NCBI GenBank assembly: GCA_041745575.1
Contig: JBGTIQ010000069.1
Location: 29,480 to 53,479, forward strand
Direction of reading: 5' to 3'
DNA length: 24,000 bases
From: Pyrinomonadaceae bacterium
GTDB taxonomy: Bacteria > Acidobacteriota > Blastocatellia > Pyrinomonadales > Pyrinomonadaceae
The position numbers were made by a program, and so were the translations under genes. The notes under the pieces were generated by a model. That model was not told the DNA's origin and ran no database searches. It saw only the letters and a list, made by a program, of their open reading frames with translations. How positions within the stretch are numbered: the first letter of the stretch is position 1; the number at the start of each line of letters is the position of its first letter. This document shows positions 15,135-22,570 of this stretch, piece by piece.

Positions 15135-15310
15135 CTGCGAAGCCATTCGCATTGAATTGCCGCTATTTTAAGCCCGGGGAAGCGTAGACGTCTTTAATTT
15201 TTCTTAATCGTTCGGAACACAGGGATGCGTGCACACCACTGATAAGGCGGACGACAATTATCGAAGATCGCTTTGTTTCAAGGGCACTTTCGGTTAATCC
15301 TACATAGAGC

Positions 15311-16768
15311 ATGGAACACCTCGACGTTCTAATTGTTGGTGCGGGCCTCTCAGGTATAGGAGCTGCATGTCAGCTCAGCATGGCGTGTCCGCAGAAGAGC
15401 TTCGCGATACTCGAAGGACGGGATGCGATGGGCGGGACGTGGGACCTGTTTCGCTACCCGGGAGTTCGTTCAGATTCCGACATGTACACGCTCGGTTACA
15501 GATTTCGGCCGTGGCGTAACGCCAAGGCGATCGCCGACGGGCCGGCCATCCTCAACTACATCCGTGACACGGCCGGTGAATTCGGCGTCGATAAAAAGAT
15601 CCGGTACGGGTACCGGGCAAAGACAGCGTCATGGTCATCCTACGACGCTCTCTGGACGGTCGAAACGCTGACGAGCACCGGAACAAAAACTCTCACCTGC
15701 AACTTTCTATATCTCTGCACTGGTTATTACGATTACGAGAATGGATACACGCCCGAATGGCCCGGGGTCGAACAATTTCGTGGACAGATCATTCATCCAC
15801 AGAAGTGGCCCAAAGATTTGGACTATGAAAATAAACGAGTCATCGTGATAGGCAGCGGGGCGACCGCCGTCACGCTCGTACCCGCGATGGCCGAGACCGC
15901 GGAACATGTCACGATGCTTCAGCGTTCGCCGACGTACATCATGACGCTTCCGGCTGAGGATCGCATCGCGAACTTTCTCCGCCGCATCTTTCCTGAGCGC
16001 GCGTCGTATGCCGTGACGCGCTGGAAGAATGTCATGCTCCAGATGTTCTTCTACGTCCTCTCACGGAGGCGGCCCGCGACGATGAAGCGTCTGATCGCGA
16101 AAGGTGTGCGGACCGAACTCGGAGAGGGATATGACATCGCGCACTTTACTCCATCGTATGACCCGTGGGATCAGCGACTGTGTCTCGTGCCCGACTCAGA
16201 TCTTTTTCGGGTGATTCGTGACGGGCGTGCATCTATGGTGACCGATCAGATTGTGACCTTCACCGAGACGGGGCTGCAGCTAAAATCGGGAAGGCATATC
16301 GAAGCGGATATTATCGTCACAGCGACGGGTCTCAACCTCAAACTTATGGCGGGACTTCAGCTGGTCGTCGACGATGAGCCGGTGGATATGTCGAAGACGA
16401 TGGCTTACAAAGGAATGATGTACAGCGACGTTCCCAATCTCGCGTCGGCTTTTGGCTACACCAACGCATCGTGGACATTGAAGTGCGATCTTACCGCGGA
16501 GTACGTCTGCCGTATGCTGAACTACATGGACCGATATGGATTCGCACGGTGCACTCCGCGGCTGAACGATCCTTCGGTAAGACCCGAGCGCGTATTGGAT
16601 TTCACCTCAGGTTACGTCGAGCGGGCGCTTCACACATTGCCGAGTCAGGGTTCGAAAACGCCGTGGCGTTTACATCAGAACTACATCAAGGATCTTTCAA
16701 TGCTGCGATACGGCCGCGTCGCCGACGGCACCATGGAATTCGAGAAGCAAAAAAGACCGTCCGGATAG
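15311..16768 (+). CDS. Flavin-dependent Baeyer-Villiger-type monooxygenase (EthA/FMO-like), 485 aa
   Basis: FAD fold VGAGLSG. BVMO fingerprint FxGxxxHxxxWP (FRGQIIHPQKWP). Second dinucleotide fold VIGSGATA. Confidence 0.85.
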   Translation: MEHLDVLIVGAGLSGIGAACQLSMACPQKSFAILEGRDAMGGTWDLFRYPGVRSDSDMYTLGYRFRPWRNAKAIADGPAILNYIRDTAGEFGVDKKIRYGYRAKTASWSSYDALWTVETLTSTGTKTLTCNFLYLCTGYYDYENGYTPEWPGVEQFRGQIIHPQKWPKDLDYENKRVIVIGSGATAVTLVPAMAETAEHVTMLQRSPTYIMTLPAEDRIANFLRRIFPERASYAVTRWKNVMLQMFFYVLSRRRPATMKRLIAKGVRTELGEGYDIAHFTPSYDPWDQRLCLVPDSDLFRVIRDGRASMVTDQIVTFTETGLQLKSGRHIEADIIVTATGLNLKLMAGLQLVVDDEPVDMSKTMAYKGMMYSDVPNLASAFGYTNASWTLKCDLTAEYVCRMLNYMDRYGFARCTPRLNDPSVRPERVLDFTSGYVERALHTLPSQGSKTPWRLHQNYIKDLSMLRYGRVADGTMEFEKQKRPSG

Positions 16769-16821
16769 GGACAACTACTCGAACAAAACCGATCGTACGT
16801 CAGGTGAAATAGCCTTGCCTT

Positions 16822-17235
16822 TCAAACCGTGTCTGGACGCCCATCGTCACCGAGAAACTCTTGCATCCGAACGGCGATAGCTGCCGCTCGCTCCTTGAGA
16901 TAGTCCGCACGCTCACCTGCAAAATTTTCATCGATCGTTATGGAAAAGATCTCGAGCCATCGCCGGAAATGGTCGGCGGTCAAGGCCAGTTTTTCGTGTA
17001 GCTCTTTGTGAACGAGTAGTGGGTTCCGACCGTGAATAGAATATGCAGGCGTCCCGAACAGCAGGCTCTCCCAAAAATCGCCGATGATCGGCAAATGATG
17101 TTCGAGATCGAGCTTTGCGACATCGGTGAATATGAATCCGATGACATCGTCAACCAGCACGCGTTCATAGAACACCTGCATTAGGCGGTCGATGTCATCC
17201 CTGGTTGCGATATCGTCCACAGTGTCTAGCTCCAT
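16822..17235 (-). CDS. Group III truncated haemoglobin-like globin (start taken at ATG 17235; the ORF opens at 17346 but that extension runs through a hairpin repeat)
   Basis: ~137 aa with the pattern IDRLMQVFYERVLVD..IG.IF...DLEHHLP.IGDFWES.LFG...Y.G.P...H, which I recognise as trHb group III-like. It lies directly downstream of norB on the same strand. Confidence 0.7.
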   Translation of the reverse strand: MELDTVDDIATRDDIDRLMQVFYERVLVDDVIGFIFTDVAKLDLEHHLPIIGDFWESLLFGTPAYSIHGRNPLLVHKELHEKLALTADHFRRWLEIFSITIDENFAGERADYLKERAAAIAVRMQEFLGDDGRPDTV

Positions 17236-17278
17236 GCGTTCGTAGATTTCCGGATCCGCAGGCGGATCACACCAATAC

Positions 17279-17340
17279 AACAGGGATGAAGGGGATGAAC
17301 GGAATACATGAAGAATCCCATCATCCCCTTCATCCCTGTT
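17279..17340. repeat. Perfect 20-bp inverted repeat with a 22-nt loop, arms built of GGGATGA-type heptamers
   Basis: AACAGGGATGAAGGGGATGA (17279-17298) against TCATCCCCTTCATCCCTGTT (17321-17340). It starts 8 nt after the norB stop codon. Confidence 0.9.
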
Positions 17341-17347
17341 AATCAAA

Positions 17348-19591
17348 CTACGCCTGCGCAGGTTCAGGCACCAATGCCGGTTCAGGTTTCTGCTTTCGGA
17401 TCATCAGACTTATCGCAAACCAAACAAAAGCGACCGCGCCTATCGCAAACACGGTGTCGCCGAACAGACGCATCCACCTCAGGTTCTGCATAAGCGGGGT
17501 TTGCATGAACTCCGGACTTCGCGCATACCAGTAACCCTCGTTGACGGATTGGTAGGTTTGCAGAAGGCCGATCGGCAACAGGCTGAACATGATCTCCATG
17601 AGCATGCCGATATTGATCGCCCAAAACGCGAACCCGAGCAGCTTGGTGTTCCAGATCCGCTGCGGGTCCATCGCACGCATGCAAAAGAGCAGAAGGGCGA
17701 GGCCGAGTGTTCCGTACACACCATAAAGAGCTCCGTGTGCGTGGACGGCGGTCGTGTTCAATCCCTGCATGTAATAGAGAGCGATCGGCGGATTGATCAT
17801 AAAGCCGAAGATGCCGGCTCCAACCAGATTCCAAAACGCCACCGCGACAAAAAAGTACACGACCCACTTGTATTGGGCGAGCCATGGCCGAACCTTTGAA
17901 TGACGGATGTTCTCGAGCGCTTCGTAACCGACGAAAACAAGCGGCACGATCTCGAGGGCGCTGAACACTGAGCCAAAGGCGAGCGCGACCGTCGGTGTAC
18001 CGGCGAAATAGAGATGATGCAGTGTGCCGATGATACCGCCGCTCAGGTAGATCGCGCCCGACAGCAAGGCAGCGTACGCCGCGTGTTCGGGACGAATGAC
18101 CTTAAGTCGCGCAAAAAGATATGCGATGACGACGGTGGCAAACACTTCGAAGAATCCTTCGACCCACAGATGCACGACCCACCATCTCCAATACTCGACG
18201 ACCGTCAAATGCGACCGCATTCCCCAGAACAATCCCGGGGCGTAAAACAGAGCTATACCGGCTGTTGTCAAAAGGTAGAGCATCACAAGCGAACGCCCGG
18301 GAGTTTCCTTTTTTCTGAGTGCGGGGATCGCGGAGCGGGCGATCAGAAAAAGCCATAGCAGCAGTCCGACGAACAACGCCGCCTGCCAGACGCGGCCAAG
18401 ATCCACGTACTCATATCCCTGATGACCGAACCAGAACCACAGGTCGCCCGGCAGCATATGCATGACGCTCATCCACTGTCCGGCCATCGATCCAAGAACG
18501 ACGACGAGCAGCGCACCGAATAGCAGGTCGACGCCGAGCTTTTGGCGCTTCGGCTCATACCCGCAAATGTATGGTGCTATAAAAAGTCCGGCCGCGAGCC
18601 ACGCGGTCGCGATCCAGAAGATGCCTAGCTGTGTATGCCATGTGCGCGTAACGACATATGGGAGGTAATCCTGCAACGGGATCCCATAGAATCCGCCGCC
18701 TTCGACGCCGTAGTGCGCCGTTATTATTCCCATCACGATCTGCAACAGAAACAATAACGAAACCACGAAGAAATATTTGACCGTGGCCTTTTGCGATGGC
18801 GTGAGCTTGGCGTCGATCAGCGGATCTTCGTCGGGCGTGTCACGCTGGTCCGGTTCTTTGTGCCAGCCTGCATAGAACCAGACCATGGCGCCGATGCCGG
18901 CGATCAGCATGATAACGCTGACTCCGGTCCAGACGATCGCCGAGCTCGTCGGAACATTCCCGACGAGCGGTTCAGCGGGAAAATTGCTGGTGTATGAAAT
19001 TGTATTGTTCGGGCGGTTCGCGGCCGATGCCCACGCTGTCCAGAAGAAGAATGAGTTGAGCTGTCGAAGCTTTACCGGATTCGATTGAGCATTCTTCTGA
19101 ATCGCGTAGTCGGAGTTTCCGTCGGTGAAGATCTCGCTATAGTGTGCGAGATTGCTTTCGAAAGCACGTTTGCGGATCGGGTCGACCTCGATCGTGTTCG
19201 TTGCCTCGTCGTACGTATTGGTCCGCAGCAGATCTTGAAGACGCTGCTTTAGCATCGCCTGCTGCTCGCTCGGCAGTCCACCGCGTGAAAATTGTCCGCC
19301 CGACCAATCGTCGAGGATGAAAACGGCCTCACGATGAAGATAGTCAGCCGTCCAGTCAGGCGCGACATAACTGCCGTGTCCCCATATCGAGCCGACCTGC
19401 ATCCCGCCCATCGCCTGCCATACGTTCTGCCCGTCGGAAATCGCTTCTTCAGGGATGACAATTTCACCGGTGGTCGTCACGACCTGCGTCGGTATCGGCG
19501 GAGCCTGACGGAAGATCTCAGTCCCGACCCAGCCGAGTATGGCGAACGAAAACACGAAGATCGACACCAACAAAATCCAGAGTTTTTTCAT
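17348..19591 (-). CDS. norB: Quinol-dependent nitric oxide reductase (qNOR, single-subunit NorB/NorZ type), 747 aa
   Basis: N-terminal TM plus a ~200-aa periplasmic extension fused to a haem-copper-oxidase subunit I-like 12-TM core with conserved His clusters (WWVVHLWVEGF, GTLHHLYF, VHAHGALYG). GAGGA SD 5 nt upstream of the ATG. Confidence 0.9.
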   Translation of the reverse strand: MKKLWILLVSIFVFSFAILGWVGTEIFRQAPPIPTQVVTTTGEIVIPEEAISDGQNVWQAMGGMQVGSIWGHGSYVAPDWTADYLHREAVFILDDWSGGQFSRGGLPSEQQAMLKQRLQDLLRTNTYDEATNTIEVDPIRKRAFESNLAHYSEIFTDGNSDYAIQKNAQSNPVKLRQLNSFFFWTAWASAANRPNNTISYTSNFPAEPLVGNVPTSSAIVWTGVSVIMLIAGIGAMVWFYAGWHKEPDQRDTPDEDPLIDAKLTPSQKATVKYFFVVSLLFLLQIVMGIITAHYGVEGGGFYGIPLQDYLPYVVTRTWHTQLGIFWIATAWLAAGLFIAPYICGYEPKRQKLGVDLLFGALLVVVLGSMAGQWMSVMHMLPGDLWFWFGHQGYEYVDLGRVWQAALFVGLLLWLFLIARSAIPALRKKETPGRSLVMLYLLTTAGIALFYAPGLFWGMRSHLTVVEYWRWWVVHLWVEGFFEVFATVVIAYLFARLKVIRPEHAAYAALLSGAIYLSGGIIGTLHHLYFAGTPTVALAFGSVFSALEIVPLVFVGYEALENIRHSKVRPWLAQYKWVVYFFVAVAFWNLVGAGIFGFMINPPIALYYMQGLNTTAVHAHGALYGVYGTLGLALLLFCMRAMDPQRIWNTKLLGFAFWAINIGMLMEIMFSLLPIGLLQTYQSVNEGYWYARSPEFMQTPLMQNLRWMRLFGDTVFAIGAVAFVWFAISLMIRKQKPEPALVPEPAQA

Positions 19592-19639
19592 TTTGGTCCT
19601 CGGACAGCGTGAAAAAGCGGAGGCGCTTGTGTGCCCATT

Positions 19640-19669
19640 TATATACTGAGTTGGAATACACTAGTCCAA
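19640..19669 (-). promoter_or_regulatory. Candidate norB promoter (TTGGAC-N18-TATATA on the minus strand)
   Basis: The -10 complement is at 19640-19645 and the -35 complement at 19664-19669, ~50 nt upstream of the norB ATG. Sequence inspection only. Confidence 0.3.
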
Positions 19670-19685
19670 AGACTCTGCCGGCGTC

Positions 19686-19701
19686 TGTGTGTTACGTCAC
19701 A
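19686..19701. promoter_or_regulatory. CRP/FNR-family type palindromic site TGTGT-N6-TCACA in the norB upstream region
   Basis: TGTGTgttacgTCACA matches the TGTGA-N6-TCACA class of sites used by CRP/FNR-family regulators (including HcpR-type nitrosative-stress regulators). It is centred ~100 nt upstream of the norB ATG. Confidence 0.35.
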
Positions 19702-19722
19702 AAGGGCGGGCTTTTTCGCATC

Positions 19723-19751
19723 TTCACATTTCGCCGATGACGCACTATCAT
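19723..19751 (+). promoter_or_regulatory. Candidate plus-strand promoter TTCACA-N17-TATCAT (would drive the korA relic, TA cassette and korA)
   Basis: Hexamers at 19723-19728 and 19746-19751 with a 17-nt spacer. Sequence inspection only. Confidence 0.3.
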
Positions 19752-19845
19752 TGTCGATAACGATCAAGCCTTCACTAAAAACGCAGCTTATAGAAATATG
19801 AAAGACGGCTCTGTCCGTGAAAATGCTCGCGGGTCGAAAGATGTT

Positions 19846-19953
19846 ATAAAGATCAACCACCTCGTCGTCCGGTTTGCGAATGTCAACGGCACCGGTTCGG
19901 CGTCGGTGAATGCGCTGTTTACAAAAGCAGTGTTTCGCATGGGCGTGCCCGTT
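19846..19953 (+). pseudogene. Relic copy of korA codons 1-36 (start codon mutated ATG->ATA), truncated by a repeat half-site
   Basis: 19849-19953 aligns with 20565-20669 with 8 mismatches in 105 nt (IKINHLVVRFANVNGTGSASVNALFTKAVFRMGVPV vs MKINDFVVRFANVNGTGSASANALFTKAVFRMGVPV). Homology ends at 19953. Confidence 0.85.
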
Positions 19954-19956
19954 CGG

Positions 19957-19983
19957 GTCAGAACAGGGTGCGGTAGCGACTGG
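19957..19983. repeat. Single arm (half-copy) of the 3132-3219 hairpin element
   Basis: GTCAGAACAGGGTGCGGTAGCGACTGG against GTCAGAACCGCGAGCGGTAGCGACCGG (22/27 identical). No matching second arm follows. Confidence 0.65.
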
Positions 19984-20031
19984 ATTCTCACACGACTGCC
20001 GGTGTTATAATTGCGAGGGAGGAAAGTAGAT

Positions 20032-20256
20032 ATGTCAGTGATCGCAGAAGCCGAAGAACTAGCCCTTAGCCTCTCCGACTCGGACCGTGCCAAACTCGCC
20101 GAAAAGCTTATTGCCTCGTTGCCTTCACCGTTCGTTGAAGAAGATGAGGAATGGGTGGAAGCGGCCTTGCAACGCGACCGTGAGATGGACGAAAACCCCG
20201 ACTCGGTCATGACCCATGAAGAATTTTTCGCTTCACTTAGAGACCATAACAAGTGA
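20032..20256 (+). CDS. Type II antitoxin, 'putative addiction module component' type (74 aa, acidic)
   Basis: A GGGAGGAAAG SD precedes the ATG at 20032. N-terminal ...AEELALSLSDSDRAKLAEKLIASL... resembles the small addiction-module-component family as I recall it. Its stop overlaps the toxin start (GTGA). Confidence 0.75.
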   Translation: MSVIAEAEELALSLSDSDRAKLAEKLIASLPSPFVEEDEEWVEAALQRDREMDENPDSVMTHEEFFASLRDHNK

Positions 20257-20549
20257 TACGGGCCTCCTACAGTTCTGCGGCTAACCGTGATGTTAAGCGA
20301 GCACTGGATTATTACAAGCGAGAAGCGGGGGTCAGGGTCGCGGATGATTTTATTGCGCAGCTCAAGTCGAAGGTTGAAAAAGTACTTATAAGTCCCGAAT
20401 CGTACCGAGTGGTCGAACGAGATTTCCGGTGTGCCAATCTTGATCGTTTCCCGTATCAAATTGTTTACAGAATTGCTAACGCATCGGTGATTAGGATCAT
20501 TTCGGTTCGCCATCATAAGCAGCATCCTGATTTCGGACTGAACCGCTGA
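20253..20549 (+). CDS. Type II toxin, ParE/RelE superfamily (98 aa)
   Basis: Size, basic character, a C-terminal ...IRIISVRHHKQHP... pattern typical of ParE/RelE-like plasmid-stabilisation toxins, and a 4-nt overlap with the upstream antitoxin gene. Confidence 0.75.
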   Translation: MIRASYSSAANRDVKRALDYYKREAGVRVADDFIAQLKSKVEKVLISPESYRVVERDFRCANLDRFPYQIVYRIANASVIRIISVRHHKQHPDFGLNR

Positions 20550-20561
20550 CCCACTTTGATG

Positions 20562-22532
20562 ATGAAGATCAACGACTTTGTAGTCCGCTTTGCGAATGTG
20601 AACGGCACCGGTTCGGCGTCGGCGAATGCGCTGTTTACAAAAGCAGTGTTTCGCATGGGCGTGCCGGTTACGCCGAAGAACATCTTTCCGTCGAACATCC
20701 AGGGGCTGCCGACGTGGTACGAGGTGCGTATTTCGGAAAGCGGGCATCTTGGCCGCCGAGAGGGCGTCGATCTGATGATCGCCGTCAATCCGCAATCGAT
20801 GAAAAAAGATTACGCCGATGTTCGCGAAGGTGGATATTTTCTTTATGACTCGTCGAAACCTCTCGCGCCCGCATACGATCGGACCGACATTACACACATC
20901 GGCATCCCGCTTATGGCGCTCTGCAATGCCGAATTTACCGATGCACGCCAGCGCCAGCTTTTTAAGAACATTGTCTACATCGGAGCCCTCGTCGCGCTGT
21001 TCGGGATCGAGTTTGAAATGCTCGAGCAGCTTGTCGGCGAACAGTTCCGCGGCAAGGAGAAATTGATCGAGCCAAACATCCGAGCTCTCAACATCGGCAT
21101 AAAATACGCGAGCGAGAATTTCGAATGTCCCTTAGATATACGCGTCGAACGGCGCGACCTGCTCGGCGATAAAGTTCTCTACAGCGGTAATTCAGCGTGC
21201 GCACTCGGTGCGATCTATGCCGGAGCGACCGTCGCCGCGTGGTATCCGATCACCCCTTCGACATCAGTTGTCGATGCGTTTGCCAAGTATGCCGCAAAGT
21301 ATCGCGTCGACGCCGAGACGGGGATGAACAACTACGCGATCGTTCAGGCCGAGGACGAACTCGCGGCGATCGGAATGGTGATGGGCGCCTGCTGGAACGG
21401 CGCACGTGCGTTCACCGCGACGAGCGGTCCGGGCATCTCTCTGATGAACGAGTTCCTCGGATTAGGTTATTTTGCAGAGGTGCCGACCGTGCTGATCGAC
21501 GTTCAGCGGACCGGTCCCTCGACCGGCATGCCGACGCGGACACAGCAATCGGATATCTTGCTTGCGGCGTACGCATCGCACGGCGATACGAAACACCCGC
21601 TGCTGTTCCCCGCATCACCGAAAGAATGTTTCGAGATGACGGCCGACGCCTTTGATCTGACCGAGCGTCTTCAGACCCCGGTCATAGTCATGACAGATCT
21701 TGATCTCGGGATGAACGATCACATCACCGAGCCTCTTGTTTGGGACGACGCCCGTAAATTCGACCGCGGCAAGGTCCTTACGGCCAGACATCTGGAACGC
21801 GTCGGCGGTGCGGAGCAGGCCGATATTGTCGAGGGAATGGAGAACGAGACGGACGGCGACGCGTTTGCCGGAAGCGCGATCGAACAGTTTCGCGGTAAAT
21901 TTGGGCGCTATCTGGACATCGACGACGACGGAATTCCGTACCGCACGGTGCCCGGTGTTCATCCGACGCGCGGAGCGTACGTCACGCGCGGCTCATCGCG
22001 TGACGAGTACGCCGTCTACACCGAGGACGGCGACGTTTATCGCCGTAACATGGACCGCCTCGCCCGCAAATGGGACACGGCGAAGGAACTGGTGCCGCAG
22101 CCGGAATTTTATGGCGACGCGGGGACGGGGCGACACGGAGAAGGGGAGAAAGGGAGAAGGGGAGATGGGCCGACCTCTGACTCATCACTCATCACTCATC
22201 ACTCATCACCAAAAAATGACGCCGTCATTTTTTTCGGCACCTCCACATACGCTGCGATCGAGGCATTGCAGCTATTAGCCGACGAAGGTGTCCATCTCGA
22301 CGCAATGCGTGCCCGTGCATTCCCTTTTGGAAAGTCGTTTCGGGATTTCGTTGACTCACACGACCGCGTCTTCGTCATCGAACAAAACCGCGATGCGCAA
22401 TTTCGCAGCCTGATGATGATCGAATTAGGAGCCGACGCATCGAAGCTCATTTCGGTTCTGAACTACGACGGCATGCCGATCACGGCGGATAACATCTTCA
22501 GACAGATTCATTCATTTTCTCAGAACCCCTGA
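20562..22532 (+). CDS. korA: 2-oxoacid:ferredoxin oxidoreductase, fused gamma-alpha ('alpha') subunit (start ATG 20562 or 20559; the ORF opens at TTG 20556)
   Basis: N-terminal gamma-type domain (VRFANVNGTGSASANALF..., NIQGLPTWYEVRIS). Alpha/pyrimidine-binding domain (GNSACALGAIYAGATVAAWYPITPST, ...TATSGPGISLMNEFLGLGYFAEVPTVLIDVQRTGPSTGMPT). C-terminal domain III (VIFFGTSTYAAIEA...VFVIEQNRDAQF). Confidence 0.85.
   Translation: MKINDFVVRFANVNGTGSASANALFTKAVFRMGVPVTPKNIFPSNIQGLPTWYEVRISESGHLGRREGVDLMIAVNPQSMKKDYADVREGGYFLYDSSKPLAPAYDRTDITHIGIPLMALCNAEFTDARQRQLFKNIVYIGALVALFGIEFEMLEQLVGEQFRGKEKLIEPNIRALNIGIKYASENFECPLDIRVERRDLLGDKVLYSGNSACALGAIYAGATVAAWYPITPSTSVVDAFAKYAAKYRVDAETGMNNYAIVQAEDELAAIGMVMGACWNGARAFTATSGPGISLMNEFLGLGYFAEVPTVLIDVQRTGPSTGMPTRTQQSDILLAAYASHGDTKHPLLFPASPKECFEMTADAFDLTERLQTPVIVMTDLDLGMNDHITEPLVWDDARKFDRGKVLTARHLERVGGAEQADIVEGMENETDGDAFAGSAIEQFRGKFGRYLDIDDDGIPYRTVPGVHPTRGAYVTRGSSRDEYAVYTEDGDVYRRNMDRLARKWDTAKELVPQPEFYGDAGTGRHGEGEKGRRGDGPTSDSSLITHHSSPKNDAVIFFGTSTYAAIEALQLLADEGVHLDAMRARAFPFGKSFRDFVDSHDRVFVIEQNRDAQFRSLMMIELGADASKLISVLNYDGMPITADNIFRQIHSFSQNP
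22137..22209. repeat. In-frame repeat element in korA: purine-rich GGGAGAA-like array followed by (ACTCATC)x4
   Basis: 22137-22168 reads GGAGAAGGGGAGAAAGGGAGAAGGGGAGATGG. 22180-22207 reads ACTCATC x4 (perfect) plus AC. It is translated as ...GEGEKGRRGDGPTSDSSLITHHSSP.... Confidence 0.85.
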
Positions 22533-22570
22533 GGCACCTTAGGGCGATGCGGACCGTCTGTTTAAGAATC

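Noticed and set aside
14163-15182. TTCCCCGGG / CCCGGGGAA inverted 9-mers flanking the RAYT2 module as possible terminal inverted repeats
   Set aside because: The core CCCGGG is self-complementary and the 9-mer match has a chance expectation of about 0.2 in this window. No extension of homology is visible.
17236-17346. Long N-terminal extension of the globin ORF up to 17346
   Set aside because: The extension is the translation of the 17279-17340 perfect hairpin and a second small palindrome (17253-17268). The globin-like similarity begins after the ATG at 17235.
19788-20897. 369-aa minus-strand ORF, the longest unexplained ORF in the track
   Set aside because: It runs antisense to the korA 5' region, the whole TA cassette and the korA relic, all of which have clear family signatures. 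Its translation is Arg/Ser-rich low-complexity sequence with no motif. It is a shadow ORF of GC-rich coding DNA.
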